From the NCBI RefSeq assembly GCF_000002075.1, contig NW_004797311.1:1760820-1824819 (forward strand): a stretch of 64,000 nt of DNA, read 5' to 3'. Positions 26,001 through 36,616 of this stretch are shown piece after piece. The notes beneath the pieces are model-generated. The model worked only from the letters and a program-made list of their open reading frames with translations, made no database searches and was not told the origin of the DNA. Positions within the stretch are counted from its first letter, which is position 1; every line of letters begins with the position of its first letter. The DNA comes from Aplysia californica (taxonomy: Eukaryota). Made by a program: the position numbers and the translations under genes.

Positions 26001-29000
26001 AACTACATTTAAAGACGGTAGACATCAGATGAAAAAAACCTTCAGTTTTGACAAACTTGAGACTTTACTTTCGGATCTCAGGACAGGGGGCTGATAAGTG
26101 AGATAAGTCCATAGCAGGCGACCAGTCTCTGATTTCTATGTCTATATAACTAGTCCTCACCAGCTGGTTCACTTGTGTAAATGTTGGAGTGTCAATGTGA
26201 AGTCTGTCAGCTGCTATTCTGTTTAGAGCTGTATTATCCAACACAACCTGAAAGAAATTCCATTGCATTGGATTACTCTTTGATGCTAAAGATATGAGTA
26301 GAAAATCATGTCAAAGAAAATGTGGTAGAGACATCCTTTACAAAAATCACCCACGTAAACCAGACAAGCTAGCAAACATGGCAACATAATACTGTACCAT
26401 GGATGTCAATGAAAGTTCACTGAATTAAAACCCTGAGCCTCCACTACAATAAATATATAAATAATGAATAATATGCCTGCAGCAAGGAAGAAACATAGCA
26501 ACAAAATTAGAATACACAAAATGAAGTAGGAAACTTTAGATCTAGCGCCAAACAGTCAAAACAATGTTAGCGATACTTACTACGCAATCTGCATTCTGTG
26601 TGAGCCGTTTTAAAGTGAGCAACGAATTGTATGGCTGCACAACAACATCAGAGATTTCATCCACATTCGGAAATACAGAGTATGTCTGTGTCAACTTCTT
26701 TGGAAACCTGAGACAGAGATACCAAAATACAGGGTAAGAATATTCTTATTTACAGCCACAGGTCAAAGTAGAGAAAGAGGATCAGTATCTTACAATTGTT
26801 TCTTGACTGATTCAAAAGAAATGTTCCAAAAAATGGTAACACACACAATCTAGAAAAATCAAAGACATGAGAATCTCAATCACATGATGATTCAAGTATA
26901 GAAATTGACTTGTCACACAAATATCATCAGTTACATCATTATGCAAACGAAAGCAAATTCAATAGTAGAAGTCCCCGCCTTCTGGACCCCCCCCCCCCAA
27001 ACCTGTATAAAATAAAGAAATAACTGAAAAGCTCCCAAAACATTGAACAAATGACGACATCATGTTTAGAATGTCTTTCACAAATTCCCAGGTACTAACC
27101 TGTCATTCAATCTTTCTAAAATGTAAGAACCCATGCCAGATCCAGTTCCACCTGCGATAGAATGGCAGACAACAAAACCCTGCAAAAATAGTTAAAAAAG
27201 ACAATTATCATTTATAACTCGACAAGCAAAACAAAAAAATATTTTACCTAAAAGCATACCATCAATACACTAATGGAAGTCAGGTTCAGTTGCCTTTTCC
27301 AAGCACAGCGTTGCGAAAAATTTAATACTGTAAATACTATCTGAATTTCATTAAAACCTATTCTCCTCCCTCCCTCTTTATTATTGTACCTTTTACACCT
27401 GGGAATGAAATCACCCTAAAATTATATCAATAAAAACATGGTTCAATGTAGAATGTATAAGCAGAAATTTATGAGAAAATATTCATTAAAAAAAAAAGTT
27501 ATGGGAGGTAGAGTGGGGTCACCCCTGAGCAGCATTAGTTCTTGGGATTTCCCCCTGCACAGGAGCCTATTTACCTGCGACATTGAAGGGGTTAATGAGA
27601 GCAATATATCATTTAATTTTTTTATGTATACATGTACGTGTTTTTATGGTCCTGTACATCCAAGAAAAATTTCCCTCTGGGATAATAAAGTAATATCTTC
27701 TTATCTTAATGACTCCTGGATGACAACACTGTAAAAAGGTAAAAGCAAGCTGAAATGTATTCATAGTATAGCAGTGTTGATTTGCCGTTCACTCTTGATA
27801 AACATTGCCACACACACACAAAAATTAAAAAAAAAAAAAATCAAGAAGGCCAACCTCCAAGCTATCGCTGCCATCAGCTTCTCTATCTATGATGTCAAAT
27901 ATTTCATCATACAGCCGTTCCGCCTGTGAAAGACAATCATGTATAAAAATATTATTTTCACTCTTTGCACAGCACACACAATTACTACAAAAATGAAGTA
28001 TATAGTAAACAGCAAGGGGTACTTCATGATATTAAAAAGGTAAACACTGAAAGCTATGAAGAACAAAAAAGAAGGTACAACTGAAAGAGAAATATGTGTA
28101 CATAATGTGGCAAATTGTAAACTTACTTAAATGTTGCTTACCCATCACCTGAAACTTTCCACTAGCCATTGTGATGCAAAAGTGAGGTTCTTTGTCATTG
28201 CATGTGGAAAACATGAATTTGATTTCTGAGTGGCAAGGTTTTAAAATAAATCAAGTATTTCTGTCTAGAGGTATGTTGTATACCTTTCAGCCAAGGTTGT
28301 CCCTGACAGGAATGGTTGAAGTATAGCCCACTATCTGAAGTTCTAAACTGCGATGATGGGGGCATTAAACATTCAAATTTATTTACAATGTTTTCAATTC
28401 AAATTTAACATTCAGTATCAGACCTTAACATAGATTGCCATTGCAAGTATAATATCCACTGACGTACACAGATGTGCAGCTTTAGTCATCTACAAAGCAT
28501 AAGTTAACAAACAAAAGTACTAGGAAAAAAACAACAATAAAAAAACCCCAAACATTAAACGTGATCACCTGGGAATAGCCACTGGCCCAGTTGTTTCCAG
28601 CACCACCTCCGTGCTTTGACAGGTATACATTCTCTGGGTTGTACAAGTTTGCATATGGAGAGTTCATTATTGCATTGATCACCCTCGGCTCCAAATCAAG
28701 CAACACAGATCGAGGGATGTAATGCTCATCATCAGCCTATGAAAAATATCCACAACTTATGTTTTAATGTTCTGAGGCCCAATTTATATACGGCAAGAGT
28801 ACACTTTACAATGGAAGCAATGTGCATCTATACCCGGGAGGTTTTGAGACAGGCAGAGGTGACAAAGTAATTTGGTTCAAGCATGAATGTGTGGGATTTG
28901 TTGTTGTTGTTGTTGTTGTTGGGTGTGTGTGTGTGTGTGCACATGTGTAGGGCCCACAGTAAGGAGTAGAGAGGTTTGCAAATTGATGTCAATTTTATAG

Positions 29001-32000
29001 TCCTGAGGCGTTTATCAATCGGTTGTGCACACTATTACACGAGTAGGCAGATAAGATAACACAAAGTATTTCGAGCAATGCTAGGGTTCCCAAAGGCTGG
29101 CTTGTTTGCCTACCAGCACCACTGGAGTGTCTACTGCTTCTGTAATAAGACAAGACTTCAAATCAGAGCAAAGCTGACAGGAATATCGGAGGGCAAAACA
29201 AAGCAATGTGAAAGGTACTAAATTTTGCATTTTGAAGTGATTCAATTATTTAAAACATGTCTTGTCTCTATGCCTAGATTAAAGTTCAACTCCAGACACA
29301 ATCCTGTTTAGTCAAAGTTGCATCGTGAAATACTTATTTTGGTAAGTCAAGACTGGTTTAGAGCTGATTGTCATAACTGTTCATGGGACTAATGTTTACA
29401 CTGTAGACTAGTTGTAGCTGCCCTAGAATTGCACTCAGGCTGGATACTTCTTCATTGTTATCACCATATAAATCTCACCCTCAAAAGAGATGAATAGAAG
29501 TAACGTTTCAAATTTTTATTTGAAAAGTTATTTCCTCATCTTTCTGAGGTGTACCTGAGGCCAGATTTATGTGAAAAATATATTTAAAAAATACCAGCAC
29601 CAGTCCTTAAAAAGCGAGACAAGAGTAATTAAAAGGGACTTGATCACATGAGAGTGATATTAAAATACATCAATATAATTCAGACATAAAAGTCTAATAT
29701 GGAGAAGCATTAATATAGTCAAAGTTTTAGTTACAACATTAAGACACTGACAAACATCAAAGTTTGATTTTCAAAAGTAATTTTTAAACCAAATTTCCCA
29801 TGATTTTTAAAAATACTTTTGTCAACTTCAATACCTGATAGAAGAATACATCTTTCCGATCAGTGCCCTCAGTGGCATAGTCTTCTAAGATGCCATCTGA
29901 AAAAGAAAAGACACAAAAAACATCCTGAAGTAATAAAACCACAAAGTCAACATCAAATAACACACAAACATCTTAAAGTAATAAAACCACAAAGTCAACA
30001 CAAGATAAAACAACCACAAAGTCAACACCAGATAAAACTCTATACAAATATTTCTTTGCAGTAGCCATATCGTATGGGGTCTTAGAAATAAAGAAAACAA
30101 AATGCAAGGTAAACATTCTGAAAAACAGAAAAGTCTCAAAGACAACCAAAATATGAGTTTCAAATCTTAGAAGCCAGAGTGGTCTACACACTTAATTAAA
30201 AACAATTAGGAAGAGACAAAATCACAAATGCAGTTTCTCAGACATTCTAGCTCCCACTGGAAAACTAGAGAAGGCAAAAGACTTTCATTTCATGAAGACA
30301 ATTTTCCTGATCAGCATGTTGTGGCAAATCAAATTTGACTCTTGATTCAGGTTTAAAGCCAAGTGCCTGAAATATTTTTGAAATTGTCATTGGCCCTTAA
30401 CTTGCCATATGAAAAATTTTGAGATTTTCACAAAATCTACCAGACAGCGACTAACACACTCCTTAAAAGTAAGAGTGTTTTCTACTCTGTGTGTAGTAAG
30501 CCTACTTGATGAAAAAGAGGAAACAATGGGACATTTTTAAAGTTTGCCCAGCATGTTCTCTGTTAAATTTCAAAGCAAGGACATAAAACTTAGATAATGT
30601 CTAACGGTGCACCGACATTTTATGCAAGTGCAGGTCTCATTGACAATATTTTTCAGCCCAAAGCTTTTTTGTAATATCATCATCTCATTCTTCTTTCTTT
30701 TTTTTTTCTCTATTTAAGACATGCAAGCATATATAGCTTTGTTAAAGTAAAAACCAGCATTTTTCTTTCTTACACCTCATTTGTTGCTCCATGTTCTGCA
30801 TTCTTTAGCCCTGAATTTAGCACTGGGCCCATCTCCTCAGGCTCATACACAACATTCACATTCACTCATAAAAATTCTGTCTTCTAAATCAACAAAAACG
30901 CCCCCAAAGTAAGTCAAGTGCAGCTCACCTGGACTTATTCCATGCTCTAAACAGAGCTGCTTCCAAAATTCCATGCCAACTGAAATGAAACAAGTTTTAC
31001 TTCAAATCAAAACGATTACATAAATGAAGCAAGATCTTAAAATATAGTATTACCTCTTGTACAGTCAAACCTGTTTAAGATGAACACCAGTCCAAGACAA
31101 TCGTCTGTACAAACGACAACATCCACCCTTGTGTTTTTTTTGCATAAAATGACACTGTCAAGAGATCAACTTTTTTCCTCAGCAATTGGTGGCTGCCTTG
31201 GACAGGTTCAACTATACATATATATTTGTTTTCTTCAACTTCAATATAATGTATCCTTGTAGTTTAAACAGTGATCCAGTAAATGTTATAATGACAGTGT
31301 GCAGACCTCTTCCCAAGAATAGTATCTCAAAATTAGGTTCTTTTACTCCGAAACAGTAGCATACCTAAACCTTCGTTACTCTAAAATGTATCGAATAAGC
31401 CCCCCACCCCCTGCTTATCGATTTTCAGTTTTTTTGTGCACCCCTACCCCTGCTCCTTATTATTTTCCAGCTTGCCACGACTGACGATCATGTGAAACAT
31501 TATATCTAGAATCTAGATAACTGAATGAAACTTCTTATTTTTTTGGTAAATGGCAAATTACCCTCAGTATTAGTACCAGTATCAGGATGGGCACCTCAAT
31601 TTTCAAGGCATTTTTAAAACTTCCCAACATTGGTTTATATTTTTTTAATGAAACGGTTCCTAAATGGGAAAAGTAGTCACAGTAACTTTCTAAAATCATT
31701 AAAATTTCACAATCTCTTGTTCTTTTATTCACTGAATGAGAAATAAAACAGATTTGTTCCTACTAGTACAGGGTTATAAGGTTGGAAGTGCCACCACCCC
31801 CTCCACCTTTTTTCCAAACCCCCGTTTATTAATTTTTAACCACTTGTCCACCCTCCCTTTTATTAGATACCTTAGAGTTAGAGACAAAATTATAAATGGT
31901 GCTATTAGAACTTGAATTTTATAATCATAATTATACAAACATAAAAGTCGGAGTCAAGAATTTGCAAAATGTTGTGGTGTGTAAAATACGGGAAGGTCAG

Positions 32001-34798
32001 TGAACTTGTCACACGGTGAAGTCGTCACAGCTGAAAAACGTGTGGCAAGTTTACCGGAAAAAAAGTATCCAAATAACAGTGGACGGCACTTTTCTATCAA
32101 TTTACCATTGTGTGTCTGTCTTCCTCCTTTTCTGAGCTTTTTTTCCCTTCCAATCATTTAACCTGATAGAAGGCCTAACTTTTGCTTCACCCCCTGTCGA
32201 AGTTAGCCCTTTTCACCCTGTCGAATTCGCACCAGCTTTAAGAGTGAAAAGTACGCGGAGATGGAGTTTTCTGGAGCTTTTTGACTAAAAATAGTAGAAA
32301 CAAGTGGAATCCCAGGAAGCACAGATTTTATTTCTAGAAAGATATCAAATGTGCAACGACACATGGGCCAAATGATACGCAAAAGCCAAGTCTACGTTGA
32401 GGTGGCGTTGAAGTTGCCCCGGGGCCGATTTGCCCCAACCTATGTGACAAGATCACTGGAGGTATGTGATGACTTCACTGATATCTGTAAAAAATACATG
32501 TTGTGATGTATTAATAAGAACATGTCCACATATCAGGCGAGGTTCGTCCATAGAGCACGGTCGTGCAGTGTTGCTCAAAAATGTTTTAATGTTCTATTAC
32601 GTAAAACACCTACAATATATAAATATAAATAAAAGAAGCCAGAAACAAACACTACCCAAACATTATATCAAAAGACGTTTTTCTCACTGGCGCCGTAACT
32701 GTCATTTCTGTGTCTATAGCGCCGTAAAACATCTACTATGCCATGCCAAAGTTCATGCGCAGTATCAAAATATAGCAGGATATTCAACAGTGGAAACCTG
32801 ACCTATAAATCGCTCTTTGGATAACCAAATCGATGACGACACTCGTAGAGAGTTTGGCGGTACATTAATATTAATAAGACGGCACATCTGAAATGTGCTC
32901 CTGCCGAATAGTGCCGAAACATAGCCCACAGTAGGAAATCTAAAAATAAACGCGCTAGACTGTGTACTATTCTATGCCAAAATTATTGAAGCCCCGGAGC
33001 AATCCAGCGGAGTGCTCAAGTGAATTGTGATTGGTTCATTATCTTGCCGCTATTTTAAGTGACTCTGTGACCGTGAACCTGAGGGAGGTGAATGTGACAT
33101 ACTTAAGTCATCGTCCTATGAGTTGTGCTTTTGAACGGTTTTGTAGTGGCGTGGTGAAAGGTATTACCCAAGTGTTCAGTTCTAATGCAGGATGAATGAA
33201 ATTGACGTTTAGCTAACAAACAGATTTAGTTCTAGAAGTCAAAGTCACAAGTAAAAAGAATGAAAATAGAATCACACCATTCTCCCTCACCAACCCAAAG
33301 TTCCTAAAATTATACACCATCTCATTTACTATGCCCTTAACTATCTTCAATCTAATATTGCTGAATTGTGCACGCCCACTTTTTAGACAGACGAGCCGTC
33401 CCTGCCACATTATCACATACGTACTTAAAAAAACTTACGGCTGGATTGAACTTTGGTGGACCCACCGTGTTTATATTATTAATACGCACTAGGCAAACAA
33501 CGGACTGTACAGTCATGGGTCCTAATCGACCGCTACGCTTTGATTACGTCGACAGCGGGGGGGTTCAGGGGGGCCAGCCCCCCTGGTCTCAATGTTAATT
33601 AAGAAAACACTTGGAGGATGGCTTACGTTTGGTGGACCGCACCTTCAGCACTTTGGTTACGAAAACTTATAGTATTCGACAGCGGAGGGTGGATGGGAGG
33701 TGGGGGGGTTTCAGGGGGGCCTGCCCCCCTGGCCACAATGATAATTGAGAAAACACACATAATGCAAATCAATAATAGACAGAGAAAAGAAAAGGGGACC
33801 AGGAACATTTTAAATAGTTGGTTCTGCCCAAGAACTTTAGTGGACCCACATTGCCAGCCAAGGCTAGGCATTAGATACCATGATAGATGCGCGGGTGAAG
33901 TTTACCGGACCAGTGAAGAGAGGGGGAGACATGGTGGAGGTGGTGCCATGCCGTGACTAGATTGACCAATCAACGCTTGGGTCTAGCCACTCGCGCCAAC
34001 TCACGGGCTTTGCGGTGGAAAAATCCGGTAGAAACTTTCAGTTGACTAAATGAGCCCGAAGTGAGAGGATACAGGCAAGAGAGGGAGAGGAGAGAGAGCG
34101 CGCCGTGGCGGCCGCAAGGCCGCGCTGCGGCCAAGGAAGAACAGTGGACCAGCGCATGGCATCACACAACGCCCAAAAGTAGTTCCGCCCCCCCCTCAAT
34201 GGTGGGTCCACCAAAGTTCAATCTTACCAAACTTACTAATAATGACTGCATTTATACAGACAGTGCTATTCATACTCCATCCAAAGCATGCTATTGCTAT
34301 ACAATACAGGATCTATAGCTGCTTCTATGCGCTTTCTTAAAAATCACAACCATTGTTGCCCCAGCAGACCCTTAGAACTTGAACCAAGGCAACAATATTC
34401 TGTCTGGAGCACTCTGGAGTGAAAGTGAAGGGCAATGAGACTGATAGGCTGGCAAGCAGCGCTGTGGTTGATGGTGAGGTGAAATTTGACAAAGGAGAAG
34501 TGTTGAAGTTGAAGACCCTGGGCCTGGAGGCTGGAGGAAACGTTGGGGGATGAGGAAGACAGGGAGACAGCAGAACTAGAACACCATGCAATTATTAGGA
34601 TGCGGGAAATGGGGATAGATCTAGATCTAGATCTAGATCTAGAGAGGGGAGAGGGAAGAAAGAAACGATTATCTAGAAAGGAAAGACGTCGCCATTATTA
34701 TCTAATTATAATCGCTAGATCTAGATTCTTTTTTGTTTTTGTTTTGGCGCTGCTCCTGCGGCGACAAGGTCGTGTTTACATCGGCTCTGCTTGTAAAT

Positions 34799-34856
<58 letters not shown>

Positions 34857-35700
34857 TTATTTGTAACGGAGCGGGTTGTCCCAGCCCGTGAGACATGTAT
34901 TTACTTGGCCTAATGTCCTGTCTTGTTGTGCGTTTGCGTGAGTGCACCTTTAAGTCTAACTTTTGCAACGTCTACTGCCATTGTTAATGACCAACACAAA
35001 TTTCTCCCTTCGAGATGAATAAAGATTGTCATTGTCATTAGAAAGTGGCTATTCTCACCTGCCCGGAAGTTCTCGCAAGATCTACTCCTCCCCTCTTCTC
35101 TCTCTCTCTCTCTGTCTCTTTCTGAATACTGTCTATCGGTGTGGACGATCAAATTGACCAAAACAAAGTTAAAAAATGATGTTAAAACACAAAAGTAAAT
35201 TAATTTGGTTGTCTACAAAGATGCTACGGCTATTTAACTTTTCGAATCGAGCCGAACTACGCGGGTCGCCATTTTGTTTTGTTCTCTCTCTCACTCTCTC
35301 TCTCTCCCCTGCCCACAGACAAAATTGTACGCTTTTAGTAGGCTACAAGTACAGTTGTAATGGAACGTTTGTTCACAGCACAGAATTCTACAATTTTTCT
35401 CTTATCACAGTGTAGAATTCTGTGGTTTAGGGTGAACGCAAAATTTGTTGACATGCGCACCGGGTGAGAATAGCCACAAGACCCGCCTGCACTATTCTGG
35501 CCTTGTCATTATTATGATTATTGTTGTGGTGCTCTGCTAAATGTTCAAAGAGGCCGAATCTAGACTAGATTCTAGATTCTAGATATATCTAGATTTTGAA
35601 TATTGTGCACATGAAACTGCACTGATAAAATATTCAGTACTTAGTACTTACTCTGATTTCCACATTGTCCTAGCTGCAACGTTATTATTTCCCTAGGCAT
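20035..35700 (-). CDS. TUBG1: Gamma-tubulin, spliced gene with 12-13 coding exons, about 457 aa
   Basis: Exons joined at GT-AG sites with consistent phase: 35700-35652, 30979-30929, 29896-29835, 28736-28569, 27923-27855, 27179-27100, 26707-26581, 26247-26161, 25418-25269, 23769-23614, 21207-21046, 20672-20481 (or read-through to the stop at 20463), 20055-20035. The translation starts [18 protein letters not shown] and contains the gamma-specific [19 protein letters not shown], the GTP loop [12 protein letters not shown] and the C-terminal DYLTWGTQQ. Confidence 0.97.
20463..20672 (-). CDS. TUBG1: TUBG1 exon 12 ([18 protein letters not shown]...DYLTWGTQQ); either splices at 20481 or reads through VGKHS to the stop at 20463
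   Basis: ORF 20463-20747; internal donor CAG|GTCGGT at 20481/20480. Confidence 0.95.
   Translation of the reverse strand, partial: LFERILTQYDKLRKREAFMDQFKKEAMFKDNLDEFDASRESLQQLVDEYNAATRPDYLTWGTQQVGKHS
21046..21207 (-). CDS. TUBG1: TUBG1 exon 11 ([34 protein letters not shown]...LANHTNISH)
   Basis: Acceptor ttttAG, donor GTAAG; 162 nt. Confidence 0.97.
21312..21660 (+). mobile_element. tRNA-derived SINE with CORE-like domain and L2-like (ATT)n tail, in TUBG1 intron 10
   Basis: A box TGGCCTAGTGA, B box GGTTCGAGCC; GTGTCCTTGGGAAAGACACTTAAC and CACCCAGGTG..AATGGGTACC; second copy at 47570-47826. Confidence 0.82.
22094..22951. mobile_element. Non-autonomous Tc1/mariner-pogo element in TUBG1 intron 10
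   Basis: TA TSD on both sides; TIR CAGTCGAACCTG...CAGGTTCGACTG; subterminal GGAAACCTGT repeats. Confidence 0.85.
23614..23769 (-). CDS. TUBG1: TUBG1 exon 10 ([25 protein letters not shown]...[10 protein letters not shown])
   Basis: ORF 23524-23778; 156 nt. Confidence 0.97.
25269..25418 (-). CDS. TUBG1: TUBG1 exon 9 ([50 protein letters not shown])
   Basis: ORF 25236-25418; 150 nt. Confidence 0.97.
25440..25539. repeat. 38-bp inverted repeat next to the TUBG1 exon 9 acceptor
   Basis: Arms 25440-25477 and 25502-25539, one mismatch. Confidence 0.9.
26161..26247 (-). CDS. TUBG1: TUBG1 exon 8 ([29 protein letters not shown])
   Basis: Within ORF 26065-26268; 87 nt. Confidence 0.96.
26581..26707 (-). 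CDS. TUBG1: TUBG1 exon 7 ([42 protein letters not shown])
   Basis: Acceptor ctcAG, donor GTAAGT; 127 nt. Confidence 0.97.
27100..27179 (-). CDS. TUBG1: TUBG1 exon 6 ([27 protein letters not shown])
   Basis: Tubulin signature GGGTGSG-type loop; 80 nt. Confidence 0.97.
27855..27923 (-). CDS. TUBG1: TUBG1 exon 5 ([23 protein letters not shown])
   Basis: Acceptor tttcacAG, donor GAG|GT; 69 nt. Confidence 0.96.
28569..28736 (-). CDS. TUBG1: TUBG1 exon 4 ([20 protein letters not shown]...[12 protein letters not shown])
   Basis: Overlaps ORF 28482-28706; AG/GT borders; 168 nt. Confidence 0.97.
29835..29896 (-). CDS. TUBG1: TUBG1 exon 3 ([21 protein letters not shown])
   Basis: Acceptor tttttcAG, donor CAG|GTATTG; 62 nt. 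Confidence 0.96.
30929..30979 (-). CDS. TUBG1: TUBG1 exon 2 ([17 protein letters not shown])
   Basis: Acceptor tttcAG, donor G|GTGAG; 51 nt. Confidence 0.95.
31062..31214. mobile_element. pogo/Tc1-type MITE; related partial copies at about 24186-24270 and 21860-21930
   Basis: TA-CAGTCAAACCTG ... CAGGTTCAACTA-TA. Confidence 0.65.
31378..31880. mobile_element. MITE with imperfect terminal inverted repeats
   Basis: TACTCTAAAATGTATCGAATAA ... TTATTAGATACCTTAGAGT with repeated CCCCC..TTAT subterminal motifs. Confidence 0.5.
33439..34228. mobile_element. Non-autonomous DNA transposon, Merlin-like (GG ends, 8-bp TSD), in TUBG1 intron 1
   Basis: Perfect 23-bp inverted repeat GATTGAACTTTGGTGGACCCACC at 33444-33466 and 34201-34223; TSD AAACTTAC at 33431-33438 and 34229-34236. 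Confidence 0.82.
34248..34600 (+). pseudogene. Degenerate RNase H domain fragment from a non-LTR retrotransposon
   Basis: IYTDS near 34250, and [23 protein letters not shown] from 34395, resemble the RNase H motifs xYTDGS and WxPGHxGxxGNExADxLA. Confidence 0.6.
35045..35477. mobile_element. MITE about 175 bp downstream of TUBG1 exon 1
   Basis: 15-bp inverted repeat GTGGCTATTCTCACC at 35045-35059 and 35463-35477; internal 14-bp inverted repeat CACAGAATTCTACA; no clean TSD. Confidence 0.65.
35652..35700 (-). CDS. TUBG1: TUBG1 coding exon 1 ([16 protein letters not shown])
   Basis: ATG at 35700-35698; donor A|GTAAGT; 49 nt. Confidence 0.97.
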
Positions 35701-36443
35701 CTTTATTCTTGAACCTGAGTTTTGGGATTTCAGAAAGGGATTCGTTTCAGAAAAGCGTCTTTGGAAACTACCGCACTCAGTCAAAAATCAATGAGACGGG
35801 AATAGCATGTCGCAAAACTGTCGCAGCAATAAAACAAGAGTTCAAGAAATTCACTGACATAGACTCTATATTTATTTGCGCTAGTGATTTCTATATCATT
35901 TAAATAGTCTGAAATATAAATTCTATAAAAAAAATCTTAGCTATCTAAGCCTACAAAAAATATGGCATTGAATTTCAAAACAACAAAATTGTGCTAGGTC
36001 AAATGAGCTAATTCAACGAGCTATGGCATTTGATTTTAGAAGGGCGCCAAACATTGAGAATGAATGCATCAGGAAACCCCCCTGTAGCACATGCGCACAA
36101 GAAGTAATAATGTTCCGTGCGCATGTCTAAATGAAAATTTCTGATATTTTTAAGAGAAAAATGAAGCTTTTGATTATATTTTTTTGTGAAATTTATTTCT
36201 AATGACTATTAAGACAAAATTTATCAAGAATTAACTGTTTAATCTATTTTCAAAAACGATTTTAATCACCCACAATGCAGTATCCACATGTAAACAATAA
36301 TAAACTCTAGTGTCTGAAGAATGTAATGAATGACCTGAATTTGTTTGATGTCACAACATCTGAAACGCAGCTGATTTTGTTTACTTATTTCTACTTCCTC
36401 GTCAATCTTTAGTCAGAAGCGTTGGTTTGATCCGATTTTTAAG
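35701..36443. promoter_or_regulatory. Putative bidirectional promoter and 5'UTRs of TUBG1 and RETREG3-like
   Basis: 743 bp between divergent ATGs. A central inverted pair ACATGCGCAC (36089-36098) / GTGCGCATGT (36117-36126) resembles NRF1/EWG sites. Confidence 0.75.
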
Positions 36444-36616
36444 ATGTCAAACGTCCACGACAGTGGCGGGGGAGGGGATACGAAGTCAATGGAAAGAAAA
36501 GTGAACTCATTCCTCAGCCCCTATGAACCCCTCATAATGACGGTGCAGAGTCTTCTTGTGTGGGAATGTCCATGGAAAAGTGCAGTACTCTTTGCCTTTG
36601 TGCATATTTTATTTTG
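36444..36616 (+). CDS. RETREG3: RETREG3-like exon 1 (MSNVHDS...[33 protein letters not shown])
   Basis: aagATG start; donor TG|GTAAGT. Confidence 0.92.

Noticed and set aside
29925-30040. Three AACCACAAAGTCAACA repeats next to the TUBG1 exon 3 acceptor
   Set aside because: Looks like an ordinary local slippage duplication with no evidence of function.
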